This document shows, in pieces, positions 51,222-60,529 of a stretch of DNA of 64,000 bases. The translations under genes were made by a program, and so were the position numbers. The stretch covers positions 87,555 to 151,554 of the forward strand of contig CAVWIH010000011.1 in the NCBI GenBank assembly GCA_963755025.1, read 5' to 3'. The notes beneath the pieces are model-generated. The model saw only the letters and a program-made list of their open reading frames with translations. It did not search any database and had not been told where the DNA came from. This DNA is from an uncultured Actinomycetes bacterium (GTDB lineage: Bacteria > Actinomycetota > Thermoleophilia > UBA2241). Every line of letters begins with the position of its first letter. Within the stretch, counting starts at the first letter, position 1.

Positions 51222-52559
51222 TCAGCCCAGATCGTCGAGCACAAGGTCGACGTCGTCGCGGCTCGTCAGCGGGTTGATGAAACACAAGCGCAGCACGGCC
51301 TCGCCGTCGTGCCTGGTGGGAACCGCGAAGGCCAGGCCCCGTTGCAGGGCCTGTGCCGACCAGGAGTCGTAGTCGGCTGCATTCCAGCCGCAACGACGCA
51401 CGAGCAGCACAGTGAGAGCCGGCTCGAGCACGAGCTCAAGCCGCGGGTGCAGGGCGACCTGCTCGGCGGCGTAGGCGGCGATCGCAAAGCAGCACTCGAC
51501 GGCCTCAGCGTAGGCGCCCCAGCCGTAGGCCTGCAGCGAGACCCACAGTGGCACGCCGCGAATGCGGCGCGTGAGGTGGATGGCAAGGTCCGAGGGGTTG
51601 TCGCCGGCCGTACCGGAGAGCCAGTCGAGGTAGTCGGCCTCCTGGGTGTGCGCCGGCCGCGCCACTGCGGCGTCGCGGTAGAGCACAGCGGCACAGTCAA
51701 ACGGCGCATACAGCCACTTGTGCGGATCGACGATGAAGGAGTCGGCCCGCTCGATGCCGGCAAACAGCGGGCGAGCCCGGGGGGCCAGCAGGGCCGCGCC
51801 GCCATAGGCGCCGTCGACGTGCAGCCAGATGCCACGCTTCTGGCACAGGGCAGCCAGGCCGGCGAGGTCGTCGACGGCACCGTTGTTGGTCGCCCCCGCG
51901 GTAGCGACGACGGCCACGATGTCGTCGGGGTCGCGGCCGTCGAGGGCGACTCTGAGGGTCTCGGGGGTGAGGCGACCGTAGGCATCGGCCGGGGGCGCCG
52001 TGACGCACTCGCAGCCCATGATGCGTGCTGCCGCCATAACCGAGGCGTGCGCCGAGGAGCCGGCGACGATGACCTGCCGGCGAGCGGTGGCGAAGCGTTC
52101 CCCGCGGGCGGCTACCAGGGCGCTCAGCGTGGCGATCGAACCGCCGCTCACAAAGGTGCCCCCGGCGCTGTCCGGAAACCCCACCACGTCGGCAAGCCAG
52201 CGGATCACGGCGTCCTCGGCATCGGCGGCCAGGCCGGCCTCCGCACGGCTGCCGCCGTAGACCATCGCCGCCGAGAGGGCCATGTCGGCGATCGCTGAGG
52301 CGACCGTAGGCGCCCCGGGGATGAAGGCCAGGTAGCGAGGGTGATCGGGCGGCACGGCGGTGGGCAACACGACGCCGAGCAGTAACTCGACGGCGGCCTG
52401 GATGCCGATGCCTTGCGCGCTCAGCTCGGGCAGCGTCGCGGGCGCTGCTGGTGGCAAGACCGCCTCGCGATCGGCAAGCCTCGTCAAGGACCAGGCGAGC
52501 ACCCGCTGTGCTGCGGCGACGTCGGCGGGTGTCGGTTCATGGAGCGACATGGGTGTCAT
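51222..52559 (-). CDS. Group II PLP-dependent amino acid decarboxylase
   Basis: HPRYLAFIP, FVSGGS, AHAS, WLHVDGAYGG, DPHKWL. Confidence 0.92.
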   Translation of the reverse strand: MTPMSLHEPTPADVAAAQRVLAWSLTRLADREAVLPPAAPATLPELSAQGIGIQAAVELLLGVVLPTAVPPDHPRYLAFIPGAPTVASAIADMALSAAMVYGGSRAEAGLAADAEDAVIRWLADVVGFPDSAGGTFVSGGSIATLSALVAARGERFATARRQVIVAGSSAHASVMAAARIMGCECVTAPPADAYGRLTPETLRVALDGRDPDDIVAVVATAGATNNGAVDDLAGLAALCQKRGIWLHVDGAYGGAALLAPRARPLFAGIERADSFIVDPHKWLYAPFDCAAVLYRDAAVARPAHTQEADYLDWLSGTAGDNPSDLAIHLTRRIRGVPLWVSLQAYGWGAYAEAVECCFAIAAYAAEQVALHPRLELVLEPALTVLLVRRCGWNAADYDSWSAQALQRGLAFAVPTRHDGEAVLRLCFINPLTSRDDVDLVLDDLG

Positions 52560-52708
52560 GGTACAGGTGGCCGTGCTGCAGGTTAAAGCCTTGGTGGGAA
52601 CCAGCGCCGGTTCAGACTGGCCGCACGACGGTCCACGGCGACCACGACGGGTAAGTTCACACTGCAGCCAGCGACTGCGATTTGGGCGTGGTGCCGTAAA
52701 GGGAACCG

Positions 52709-53038
52709 ATGCAGAGCTATCTGGCATGCTGGCGGAGATTCGCCGATTTCACCGGTCGAGCTTCTCGCATGGAGTTCTGGCTGTTCACGTCGATCAACGC
52801 CATGATCTACCTGTTCTTGGCGTTTCCCCTGCATTCCATCGTGCTGTCGGCGCTCTGGACGCTTGCGGCTCTTGCCCCTAGCCTCGCCGTGGGGGCACGG
52901 CGGCTGCATGACTCTACTCACAGCGCGGCGTGGCTGTTGCTGGCTCTTGTCCCGTTCGGGGTCCTAGCCCTTGCAATCTTCATGCTCCTAGCGAGCACGC
53001 CGACCGTCAACAAATACGGACTTCCGAGCCGCGCGTAG
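52709..53038 (+). CDS. DUF805 family membrane protein
   Basis: FTGRASRMEFW, ARRLHD, NKYG. Confidence 0.9.
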   Translation: MQSYLACWRRFADFTGRASRMEFWLFTSINAMIYLFLAFPLHSIVLSALWTLAALAPSLAVGARRLHDSTHSAAWLLLALVPFGVLALAIFMLLASTPTVNKYGLPSRA

Positions 53039-53096
53039 GCAAACGACTGCCCGGTGAGACGGGAAACGAGCCCCCAGGCCAGCTCTGCTCTCTTCG

Positions 53097-53237
53097 TCAG
53101 GCGGCGCGCCGAAAGCCGCGCTCGAACAGACGCCTGGCACACACTGAGCAGACCTCCACGACACGCTGCTCGCGAGCGAGACGCTTCGTCTCCTCGCCGA
53201 CCAGCAGCGTCCGGCCGCATCCTCTGCAGATCGCCAT
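53097..53237 (-). CDS. 46-aa zinc-finger-like protein
   Basis: CRGC..CSVC; RBS GAGAGG. Confidence 0.55.
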   Translation of the reverse strand: MAICRGCGRTLLVGEETKRLAREQRVVEVCSVCARRLFERGFRRAA

Positions 53238-53350
53238 GGGATACAAGGAGACCTCTCGAACGACGCGCACCTGCGAAGCTGGGCGTGCGCCTCCGGGTCG
53301 CTGCGACCTTTCAGGCATCTGTCACCCCCCTCGGTCCGAGTCTGGCGTTG

Positions 53351-53650
53351 CTACCTCACGAGGGCTGCGACCGGGCGTCGCGGCTGTCTGGAGCGCGCCT
53401 CTTCGTCGAGCCACTCGTAGTAGGCGGCGACGCAGGACCACTGGATCTCACACATCTCCTCGGCGGCGAAGCGCATGCCGGCGCGCGGCATTTCGTGGTC
53501 CACGTCGCAGCGCTCGGCGAGATCGCGGTCGGCAAGCTCGTGGGGCTCCTCGCCACGAGCCTCGAAGAGGTGGTAGCGTTCCCAGTCCGGCTGGGGCACG
53601 AGGGGGATGAGGTCAGCCCAGTCTCTGCGCCGTTTGAAGAAGCCCCGCAT
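53351..53650 (-). CDS. Hypothetical protein
   Basis: 99-aa ORF with RBS GGAGGG. Confidence 0.5.
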   Translation of the reverse strand: MRGFFKRRRDWADLIPLVPQPDWERYHLFEARGEEPHELADRDLAERCDVDHEMPRAGMRFAAEEMCEIQWSCVAAYYEWLDEEARSRQPRRPVAALVR

Positions 53651-53916
53651 ATCTCACCCTCCATCGCGCTCACCTTACCGATACGAGAACTGTCACCGTC
53701 GTTTCGAAAGGCAAACGCAATCGTCATGATGGGCACGCCGGCGGTGAGTTCGCCGCCTCTTAGTGTCGGGACCGCCGAGGAAGGCATCTCCGCTGCGCAT
53801 AGTGATGGCTATCTTGGGCCGGTGCGGCCCGCGGAAACGCGAGGGATTGCCCAACGCTAGCGCCCCGAATAATGTAGAGCGCACGATGTCGCGTCCAGAA
53901 GACATGTCGGTGGACA

Positions 53917-54141
53917 ATGACGCCGATCCTCGCGCCGCCGGGCGATTATCCGGGAGGGCGAGTGGCGCGCCTGCTCATGGCGCTCGGCTTTGCCGGTGTC
54001 TTCTTCTTGTGCGCGGTAGCGACCCACATCTTGGCTGTGGCCGGCTTCGGAGTCGCCGCCTTGGTCATGGCTGTCGTTGTGTTGATACGCGACTTCCTGA
54101 GGGCACCCACGATACCGTCCGCCCCTTCCGACACGCCCTAG
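53917..54141 (+). CDS. Small two-TM protein
   Basis: Two hydrophobic helices. Confidence 0.45.
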   Translation: MTPILAPPGDYPGGRVARLLMALGFAGVFFLCAVATHILAVAGFGVAALVMAVVVLIRDFLRAPTIPSAPSDTP

Positions 54142-54786
54142 CGCCGACGCGCCCGCGCGCATGCGAGCGTCTGTGCGGCGGGTGGAGCGGTGGCTTCGAA
54201 GACCCTTGAAGCGACGGAAGGTATCGCCACCATCGTGGACACGCCAGCGCGAGAATCGGTGAGGAGTGCGGAGGGCGTCAGGGATCTCTCGAACCCCGAC
54301 ACCCTCCAGGAGTCACCGGCGTCAGGGGGGGCCTGGGGGTGCCGGCAGCGGGACTCTACCTTGTCGACGCCAACGTGGCCACTGCCCGCGTCGGACCGCT
54401 CCAGCCCCGTCTCGACGTCTCACCCCGACGCCCCACGTGTTTGCGGTCAGCACGTAGCCAGAGGTGTCGAAGGTCGGAGCTTGGAGTATGCGGAAGGTCC
54501 GCGGCCCGCTCTGACGACAACCGGGTGGCCCATGGTACCCTGCGTAACGAGAGGGTTCGGGTTGAGGAGTCGACCGGGCCCTCTCGCTGTGCGGAGATAC
54601 CGTGCAGGCGCGCCGAGTACCCCCAGTAAGCCAAGGAGAGCGCCAGCCGAGCCCCCGTCTAGGCGGCGCTCTCCTTGCGGGGTGCTACCAGCGCCTCGTG
54701 GGGGCGAGTCGCCGGTGCGCGAATCCTACGCCAAGACCGACCGCCAGGGACCTTCGAATGACTGCTGCCACCGCGGCTCCGGGTTC

Positions 54787-54910
54787 GTGAAGGCGTCGGG
54801 CGTCCATCAATCTGGGCCGCGGGTGTGCGGGTGGCTATGGGTAGCGGGAGGACCGTCTCCCCGGCCACGGAAGGTATCTCCGTCGCGCCCTGAGATAGTG
54901 GTGGCTATCG
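54787..54910 (+). repeat. Repeat D copy 2
   Basis: Matches 42010-42128. Confidence 0.9.
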
Positions 54911-55233
54911 AGGGCTTTTCGCATCTGTACTTGATCTTTGAGCTCGATCGCTGCGCTCCGGCCGAGATGACGCGCGTGCCTTTCCTAAGCGACCAGCCCC
55001 ACGGCCTCTTCGCCTGCCGCCACCCGGCCCGGCCCAACCCCATCGGCTTGACTGTCGTCACGCTCCAGGGGCGCGAGGGCACCGCGCTCACGGTTGGCGG
55101 CGTCGACATGCTCGATGGCACGCCGCTGCTCGATATCAAACCTTATCTGCCGCAGTTCGACAGCTTCCCCGAAGCCAGTGAGGGCTGGTTCGCCGGCCAG
55201 GGCGATCGTCCCAAGCCGGCCGGAAGGGAGTGA
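54907..55233 (+). pseudogene. trmO: TrmO/TsaA tRNA methyltransferase, 5'-truncated
   Basis: IEGFSHL, HGLFACR.P.RPNPIGL, VDMLDGTPLLDIKPY; N-terminus replaced by repeat D. Confidence 0.85.
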
Positions 55234-55261
55234 GGATCAGCCGGCTACGCGCCGACCGCGA

Positions 55262-55812
55262 GGTGTATCCTCAGCACCTCCTAAGCCAATCACAAGCAAC
55301 GGCTTCTAGAGTGTTCTCATCGTCACCGCCCGCGGGGATGAAGGTCGACTCACTCTCCTTGCGAGCGCCTCTTCACCTCGTTGCAGGGAGGTAGGACATG
55401 AGAGAGCTGACCTTGACCCAAGTGCGCGCCGCCGGGTTGCCCGCACACATCGAGCTGGCCGACGCGACCTACGAGTATCGGCCACTGGGAGAGGACGTCG
55501 CCGTGCGGTTCCCCAGCTCTCCCGGACTGCGGGCCTGCACCACCTCCCACATCCCCGAAGCCGGCTGGCTTCACAGTGAGGGCTGCCCGTGTACCTACTG
55601 CCAGACAGCAGAGGAGGCCCAAGGTGAGAGACGACGTCGTGTCGCCATCTGAGGACGATCTCGGCAGCGCAGACAATACTCGAGGTCTCGAGCCGCCCCA
55701 CCGGACCGGCCGCGAGAGTGACGCTGCGACACTCGATGTGGCACGCGAGAGGCTGGCGACTTTCGAGCTCTTCCTGCTCGGACGGCCGGGACTGCAGGAA
55801 GACGACGGCTAG
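55262..55812 (+). repeat. Repeat E copy 2
   Basis: Inverted homolog of 25591-26125. Confidence 0.9.
55398..55652 (+). CDS. Small Cys/His-rich hypothetical protein (paralog of 25736)
   Basis: MRELTLTQVRAAGLPAHIEL..HSEGCPCTYC. Confidence 0.75.
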   Translation: MRELTLTQVRAAGLPAHIELADATYEYRPLGEDVAVRFPSSPGLRACTTSHIPEAGWLHSEGCPCTYCQTAEEAQGERRRRVAI

Positions 55813-55939
55813 AGACGGGTCGCTCGCTGCGCCGTTCTTACGCCGACCTTACGGCCCGTTTTGTACTGTGCCGCGAAGACGTTGGCCCGGACCGACAGCA
55901 TCACGGTCGAGCCTAAGGAGCTTTGGAGCGAAGACTGAG

Positions 55940-56224
55940 ATGCACCAGGATCGACTGAAATGGCTCATGCTCGAGGGGCGGCGTGCCGGCTTTGAGGAAG
56001 CGCTGCTGTGGCAACAGCCCGACGGGACTTGGGGCGTCGAACTTACCGGTGTGGCCGACCTCGGCAACCTGGTGCCCAACAGACCCCTCGCGCTGGCTGC
56101 CCAGTCCGAGGGTGGCACGCGGTTCATGGGCAAGGTCGTCGTGCTGAGCCTCGGTGGACTCGACGTCTCAACCGACCGCCTGCACCTGTCCGGAGCTGAT
56201 CAGTTGAGGACGATTGCGGGCTGA
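55940..56224 (+). CDS. Hypothetical protein
   Basis: 94-aa ORF with RBS GGAG. Confidence 0.5.
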   Translation: MHQDRLKWLMLEGRRAGFEEALLWQQPDGTWGVELTGVADLGNLVPNRPLALAAQSEGGTRFMGKVVVLSLGGLDVSTDRLHLSGADQLRTIAG

Positions 56225-56333
56225 TCGCGGGGCGGGCGGATCGCTCCAAGGGGATGTCGGTGCCGGTGGTGGTGCCCAGCGATGAGTCTGCCATCCCGGG
56301 GAAGAGGCGGTCGACACTACGAAGAGATGCTCG

Positions 56334-56681
56334 TCAGGAAGTGGCGTTGCGATACAGCCAAAACGCGATGGCAAAGAAGACAACAAGAATGCCCGCACAC
56401 CAGGCCAGCGACAGCCAGACCCAGTGGGCCGCCGGGCCACCCTCCAACAAGGCACGTACGGCGGGGATAACCACGCTCAGAGGCTGGTTGCGGGCAAAAG
56501 GTTGCAGCCAGCCAGGCATGGTGGCAACCGGCACGATCGCCGAGCTTGCGAACATCAAAATGAAGAAGGGCAGGATGCCCGTGACCTGGGCGGTCTCGGG
56601 GTCCTTGGTGGCCAGGCCGATCGCGGCATATACCCAGGAGAAGGCATAGCCGAAGGCCAGCACGAGCGCCAACCCCGCCAT
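56334..56681 (-). pseudogene. ABC-2 (DrrB-like) permease C-terminal fragment
   Basis: FASSAIVPVATMPGWLQPFARNQP; N-terminal half absent. Confidence 0.8.
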
Positions 56682-56791
56682 AATCGCGCCAGTGGGTCTC
56701 CCCTCCCAAACGGCTCCGGCCTACTGGCCTCACTGGGAATCTTAGCTGTGGGCACTGCCTGGTTGAGAAGTCGAACTAAGGGAGCCGAGCT

Positions 56792-57112
56792 GTGAGCGTC
56801 TGCGAAGAGATCCGCCAGTCGGTCGAGGTGAACGTCCCGGTCGATGAGGCCAACGAGCGATGGACGCGCTTTCTGTTTTGGAACCTCTACCACCGCCCGC
56901 TCAAGACCCCGGATATCAGTGAGGCCGAACCCGACGCGGGCTTCGTTCACCTGGAGGCGGTCGATGAGCACACGACGCGGGCCACGGTAGACCTCAACTA
57001 CTGCTCGCACTTCGCCGGCATCAGCGACGCCGAGGAGATCGCTCAGGTCCGCCAACACCTGAGCGAGACGCTCGCTCGCTACAAGGAGTTCGTCGAGTCC
57101 CACAAGGGCTAA
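56792..57112 (+). CDS. SRPBCC/cyclase-like small protein
   Basis: IRQSVEVNVPV..WT.F, LARYKEFVES. Confidence 0.65.
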   Translation: MSVCEEIRQSVEVNVPVDEANERWTRFLFWNLYHRPLKTPDISEAEPDAGFVHLEAVDEHTTRATVDLNYCSHFAGISDAEEIAQVRQHLSETLARYKEFVESHKG

Positions 57113-57126
57113 CAAGGGGAGTGACG

Positions 57127-57528
57127 ATGGCCGAAGCGCAGAAGATCGCAGCGATGCTCATGTTCACCGGGCAGGCCGAGGAGGCGATGGCTTTCTACGG
57201 CGGCCTGTTCGACGATTTTGAGATCGAGTTCTTACAACGCTACGGGGCAGACTACCCCGGTCCCGAAGGTCAGGTCGTACATGCGCGCTTTCGGCTCGCC
57301 GGGCAGAGCTTCCTGGCGATGGACAGCGCAGTGCCGCAGGACTCGCAGTTCAACCCGCGCATCTCGTTTTGCGTCACTTGCGCTAACGAGGCGGAGGTCG
57401 ACCGCCTCTTTGCGGCGCTCTCCGACCAGGGCGAGGTCCTGATGGCCCTCGATCACTATCCCTTCGCAGCCAAGTACGCCTGGGTGCAGGACCGCTTCGG
57501 CGTGTCCTGGCAGCTCATTCTCTACTGA
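57127..57528 (+). CDS. VOC/PhnB-like protein
   Basis: LMFTGQAEEAMAFY, WVQDRFGVSWQL. Confidence 0.9.
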   Translation: MAEAQKIAAMLMFTGQAEEAMAFYGGLFDDFEIEFLQRYGADYPGPEGQVVHARFRLAGQSFLAMDSAVPQDSQFNPRISFCVTCANEAEVDRLFAALSDQGEVLMALDHYPFAAKYAWVQDRFGVSWQLILY

Positions 57529-57716
57529 GGGTTTCTGAAGGAGGCCTGCTCGGCCTTGGTCGATACCTACCTTCTCGCCTGCCACGGCTTCACTTCCAGG
57601 CCTACGCAGACCACCGATGACCCGCTGGTGGTCCTGGCTGGGGCGGCAGATGATCGCTCTCCGTCAGAGACCATTGCGACGCCAGCCCAGCTTCTAGGTA
57701 GCCGCTCGACCACGCC

Positions 57717-58619
57717 ATGACAGGGAATGCAAACAGTGCGCGGCACCTGGCCGCCATCTACAACCCCACCTCGGGCGGCGGCCACTTCCGGCGTGACGTG
57801 CCGCTGATCGTCGAGTCACTTAAGGGCCTGGGCTTCACGGTGGAGCAGTGTCCCACTGAGCGCGCAGGCCACGCCACCGAGCTTGCCCGTCACGCGGTGG
57901 GCGACGGGGTCGATGTAGTCTGCGCGATCGGCGGCGACGGCACGGTCAACGAGGTGGTCAACGGCATGGCGGGCAGCGACGTGCCGCTGGCTGTCATCCC
58001 GACCGGTACCGTCAACGTCCTAGCCACCGAGCTCGGCATCCCGCTCGATCCGCCCGATGCCTGCCGGCTGGCCGCGGAAGGTCACGCTATCACCATCGAC
58101 CTCGGCCTGGCCGGCGAGCGCTACTTCGCGCTGATGGCCGGCGCAGGCATCGATGCCGCGGTGGTCTCATCGCTGAACCCGACCCTAAAGAAGGCTCTCC
58201 ACGAAGCGGCCTTCGCCGTCCAGGGGTTTGCCAAGTATCTCACGGGCCACTCGCCGCTGATCCGCATCGAGGCCGACGAGGAATGCGTCGACGGCTACTT
58301 CGTGGTGCTCGGCAACGCCGCCAACTACGGCGGCAACTTCGGCGTGACGCCGCTGGCCGACATGCGCGACGGCCTGCTCGATGTCTGCGTGCTCACCGAC
58401 AACTCGTTCTTCGAGTTCGCCGGCTACTGGCTGGCGGCGCTGCTCAGCGCCCCCATGCAACACTCCAAGGTGCGCTACTTCCGCACAAGGGCCGCGCGCC
58501 TCTCCGTGGCCCCCGGGGAGGTGGGCGAGGTGCTCGTGCAGACCGACGGCGAGCCCGCCGGGAAGCTGCCCGCTGACTGCAGGATCGTGCCAGGTGCGCT
58601 GCGTGTCGTCGTCCCCTGA
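57717..58619 (+). CDS. Diacylglycerol kinase family lipid kinase
   Basis: NPTSG, GGDGTVNEV, PTGTVN, DGLLD, QTDGE. Confidence 0.93.
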   Translation: MTGNANSARHLAAIYNPTSGGGHFRRDVPLIVESLKGLGFTVEQCPTERAGHATELARHAVGDGVDVVCAIGGDGTVNEVVNGMAGSDVPLAVIPTGTVNVLATELGIPLDPPDACRLAAEGHAITIDLGLAGERYFALMAGAGIDAAVVSSLNPTLKKALHEAAFAVQGFAKYLTGHSPLIRIEADEECVDGYFVVLGNAANYGGNFGVTPLADMRDGLLDVCVLTDNSFFEFAGYWLAALLSAPMQHSKVRYFRTRAARLSVAPGEVGEVLVQTDGEPAGKLPADCRIVPGALRVVVP

Positions 58620-58755
58620 GCCGCCTTGGCCGGGTCAGAGCTGATTTCGCCGAGGGGCCGTCTGCTCGCTTGGAACGGGGTAGGACAGAAGGCGCTCGGG
58701 CAGCACTGCTTTGCGCCCAGATCAAGTGCGGTCCCCACAAGACAAGGAGAACGAG

Positions 58756-59073
58756 ATGGCCAAGTTCCTGTTCGCCTACAAAGGTGGCGGCATGGGTCCC
58801 TCGCCCGAAGCACAGCAGAAGGCCATGGAGGCCTGGATGGGCTGGTTCGGCTCCCTGGGCGGGCAGCTGGTCGACCAGGGCAGTCCGTTCGCGCCAGGCT
58901 CCACGACGATCTCGCCCGACGGGAGCGTCAACGCCGGCAGCCCCTCACCGCTCACCGGCTACTCGATCATCTCGGCCGACTCGCTGGCCGAGGCCAATGC
59001 GAAGGCCAAGGGTTGTCCGGTCCTGACAAGCGGCGGCTCGATCGAGGTCTACGAGGCCTTGGAGATGGGCTGA
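58756..59073 (+). CDS. YciI/DGPF-family protein
   Basis: WMGWFGSLG..VDQG.P, GYSII.A, AKGCP..GGSIEV. Confidence 0.8.
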   Translation: MAKFLFAYKGGGMGPSPEAQQKAMEAWMGWFGSLGGQLVDQGSPFAPGSTTISPDGSVNAGSPSPLTGYSIISADSLAEANAKAKGCPVLTSGGSIEVYEALEMG

Positions 59074-59147
59074 GGCTCTTCGGGTGCAGGCCCAAGCCCA
59101 GCGAAGCCGACAGGGCACGCACACCGTCGCGGGACTGGGCCATGGCC

Positions 59148-59280
59148 CTAGTAAAGAAGCGCAAGTAGTCCCTTTGCCGTGTAGATGCCACCGATCACGA
59201 CGAACAGGACCAGCAACACTGGACGGTCGTAGCGCGCCAGCCACGCCTGCGCACGGGCTACGCTTACCGCAACGCGCTCA
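59148..59280 (-). pseudogene. Membrane-protein C-terminal fragment (GAP/Sap-like)
   Basis: AWLARYDRPVLLVLFVVIGG..KG. Confidence 0.4.
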
Positions 59281-59385
59281 CGAGTGATAGGGCGACACCC
59301 ACGATGAGGCCCGGCAGCGCGCAGGCGACCGCACGACAAGCCTCCTGGCTGCACGAACGGTTATCGCCCGGATTGGGCGCGGAAC

Positions 59386-59796
59386 ATGCCCTGCGGGTAC
59401 GACTCACCGCCAGGGAGGTTTGCGGCGATGTACTGCGGGCCGGTCACCATCCACGGCGTGGTCTGCAGCCCTGACGGCGAGCGGGGTCTTGTCAAGCCAA
59501 GCCAGGGCGCGAAGACCTACGGCGTCGGCCGACACTGCGCGATCGAAGGCTGTGCGACCGTCCTGTCCCGGTACAACCCGAGTAGCACCTGCGCGATGCA
59601 CGGTCGCGGCTGGAAGGCCGAACTGCGGCCCGTCACGCGTCACACCCAGAAGGGCCCCGAACGCATCGCCTACTGCCAAAATCCGAGATGCGGCGCTGAG
59701 TTTGTCACCAGCAATCCAGCTCGCAAGTACTGCTCGGACCGCTGCCGCATGCAGACCTATCAGCTCCGCCTGACTGCCGGGACCCAGCGCCGGTGA
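59386..59796 (+). CDS. Double zinc-finger protein (CGNR-like C-terminus)
   Basis: CAIEGC..C.MH and CQNPRC..KYCSDRCR; start uncertain. Confidence 0.6.
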   Translation: MPCGYDSPPGRFAAMYCGPVTIHGVVCSPDGERGLVKPSQGAKTYGVGRHCAIEGCATVLSRYNPSSTCAMHGRGWKAELRPVTRHTQKGPERIAYCQNPRCGAEFVTSNPARKYCSDRCRMQTYQLRLTAGTQRR

Positions 59797-59831
59797 CGCT
59801 GACGATCGAGGCAGGCTGCACCTAGCCGCGC

Positions 59832-60029
59832 GTGGTGATGGAGCGTAGCGACCAGATCCTTGCTCAAATCCTGGAAGACGCCATCGGTTGCCGCGCCGTG
59901 GTGGCCGGCATGCTGCTCCTGGACCTTCCCCCGGATATCGACGAGGAGCTTGCCGCCTGCGATCAGGACCTCACGCGCCTCATCGTGGCCGCACTGCGCC
60001 ATCTGGGTCTCTCGGTTCAACTCAACTGA
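59832..60029 (+). CDS. Small hypothetical protein
   Basis: 65-aa amphipathic ORF. Confidence 0.35.
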   Translation: MVMERSDQILAQILEDAIGCRAVVAGMLLLDLPPDIDEELAACDQDLTRLIVAALRHLGLSVQLN

Positions 60030-60045
60030 GCGTCCCGTCCGGTCG

Positions 60046-60529
60046 ACTTGGGGCCGCCGCAGAGGCCGCTCTAAGCGTGGGCAGACCGATCCGGGAGCCG
60101 CCGCCGCAGTGTCCTGCAACCACCGTGCAACCAGCTGCGCCCTGGGGCGGCTCTGACAAGGGGGGCCCTGCTCCCACCACCCGCGCGCGCGCCTTCGAGG
60201 CTCAGGCCGCTTCGCTCAGAGGCTCGATCAACTGAAGGTCGAGCCCGCCGCACACCGGGCAGGAGAGAAGGTCTTCTTCAACATCGGGCAGGAACTCGGT
60301 CTTGACGAAGCGGTGACCGCAGTCTTCGCAGAAGTAGTAAGGCATATCCATCATGCGCCTCCTTCGTATCGGTTGTCCCCCGCAGGCGTCCATTTGGCTC
60401 AGGTTCCAACCTGCGCCAGGTGAGCCCTAGCGAGAGCCTCGCCTGCCTCAACGCACGCCAGCGCCGTGACCTCATCGAGGCGCTGACACACAGCCCCTCC
60501 AACTGACGGGTAGGGCGGACCGCACCGTC
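60046..60529 (+). repeat. Repeat A copy 2
   Basis: Near-identical to 31722-32200. Confidence 0.95.
60202..60354 (-). CDS. 50-aa zinc-ribbon protein (identical to 31875)
   Basis: Same protein sequence and RBS. Confidence 0.8.
   Translation of the reverse strand: MMDMPYYFCEDCGHRFVKTEFLPDVEEDLLSCPVCGGLDLQLIEPLSEAA

Noticed and set aside
54190-54906. Long N-terminal fusion to TrmO
   Set aside because: Low-complexity read-through across repeat D with no domain signal
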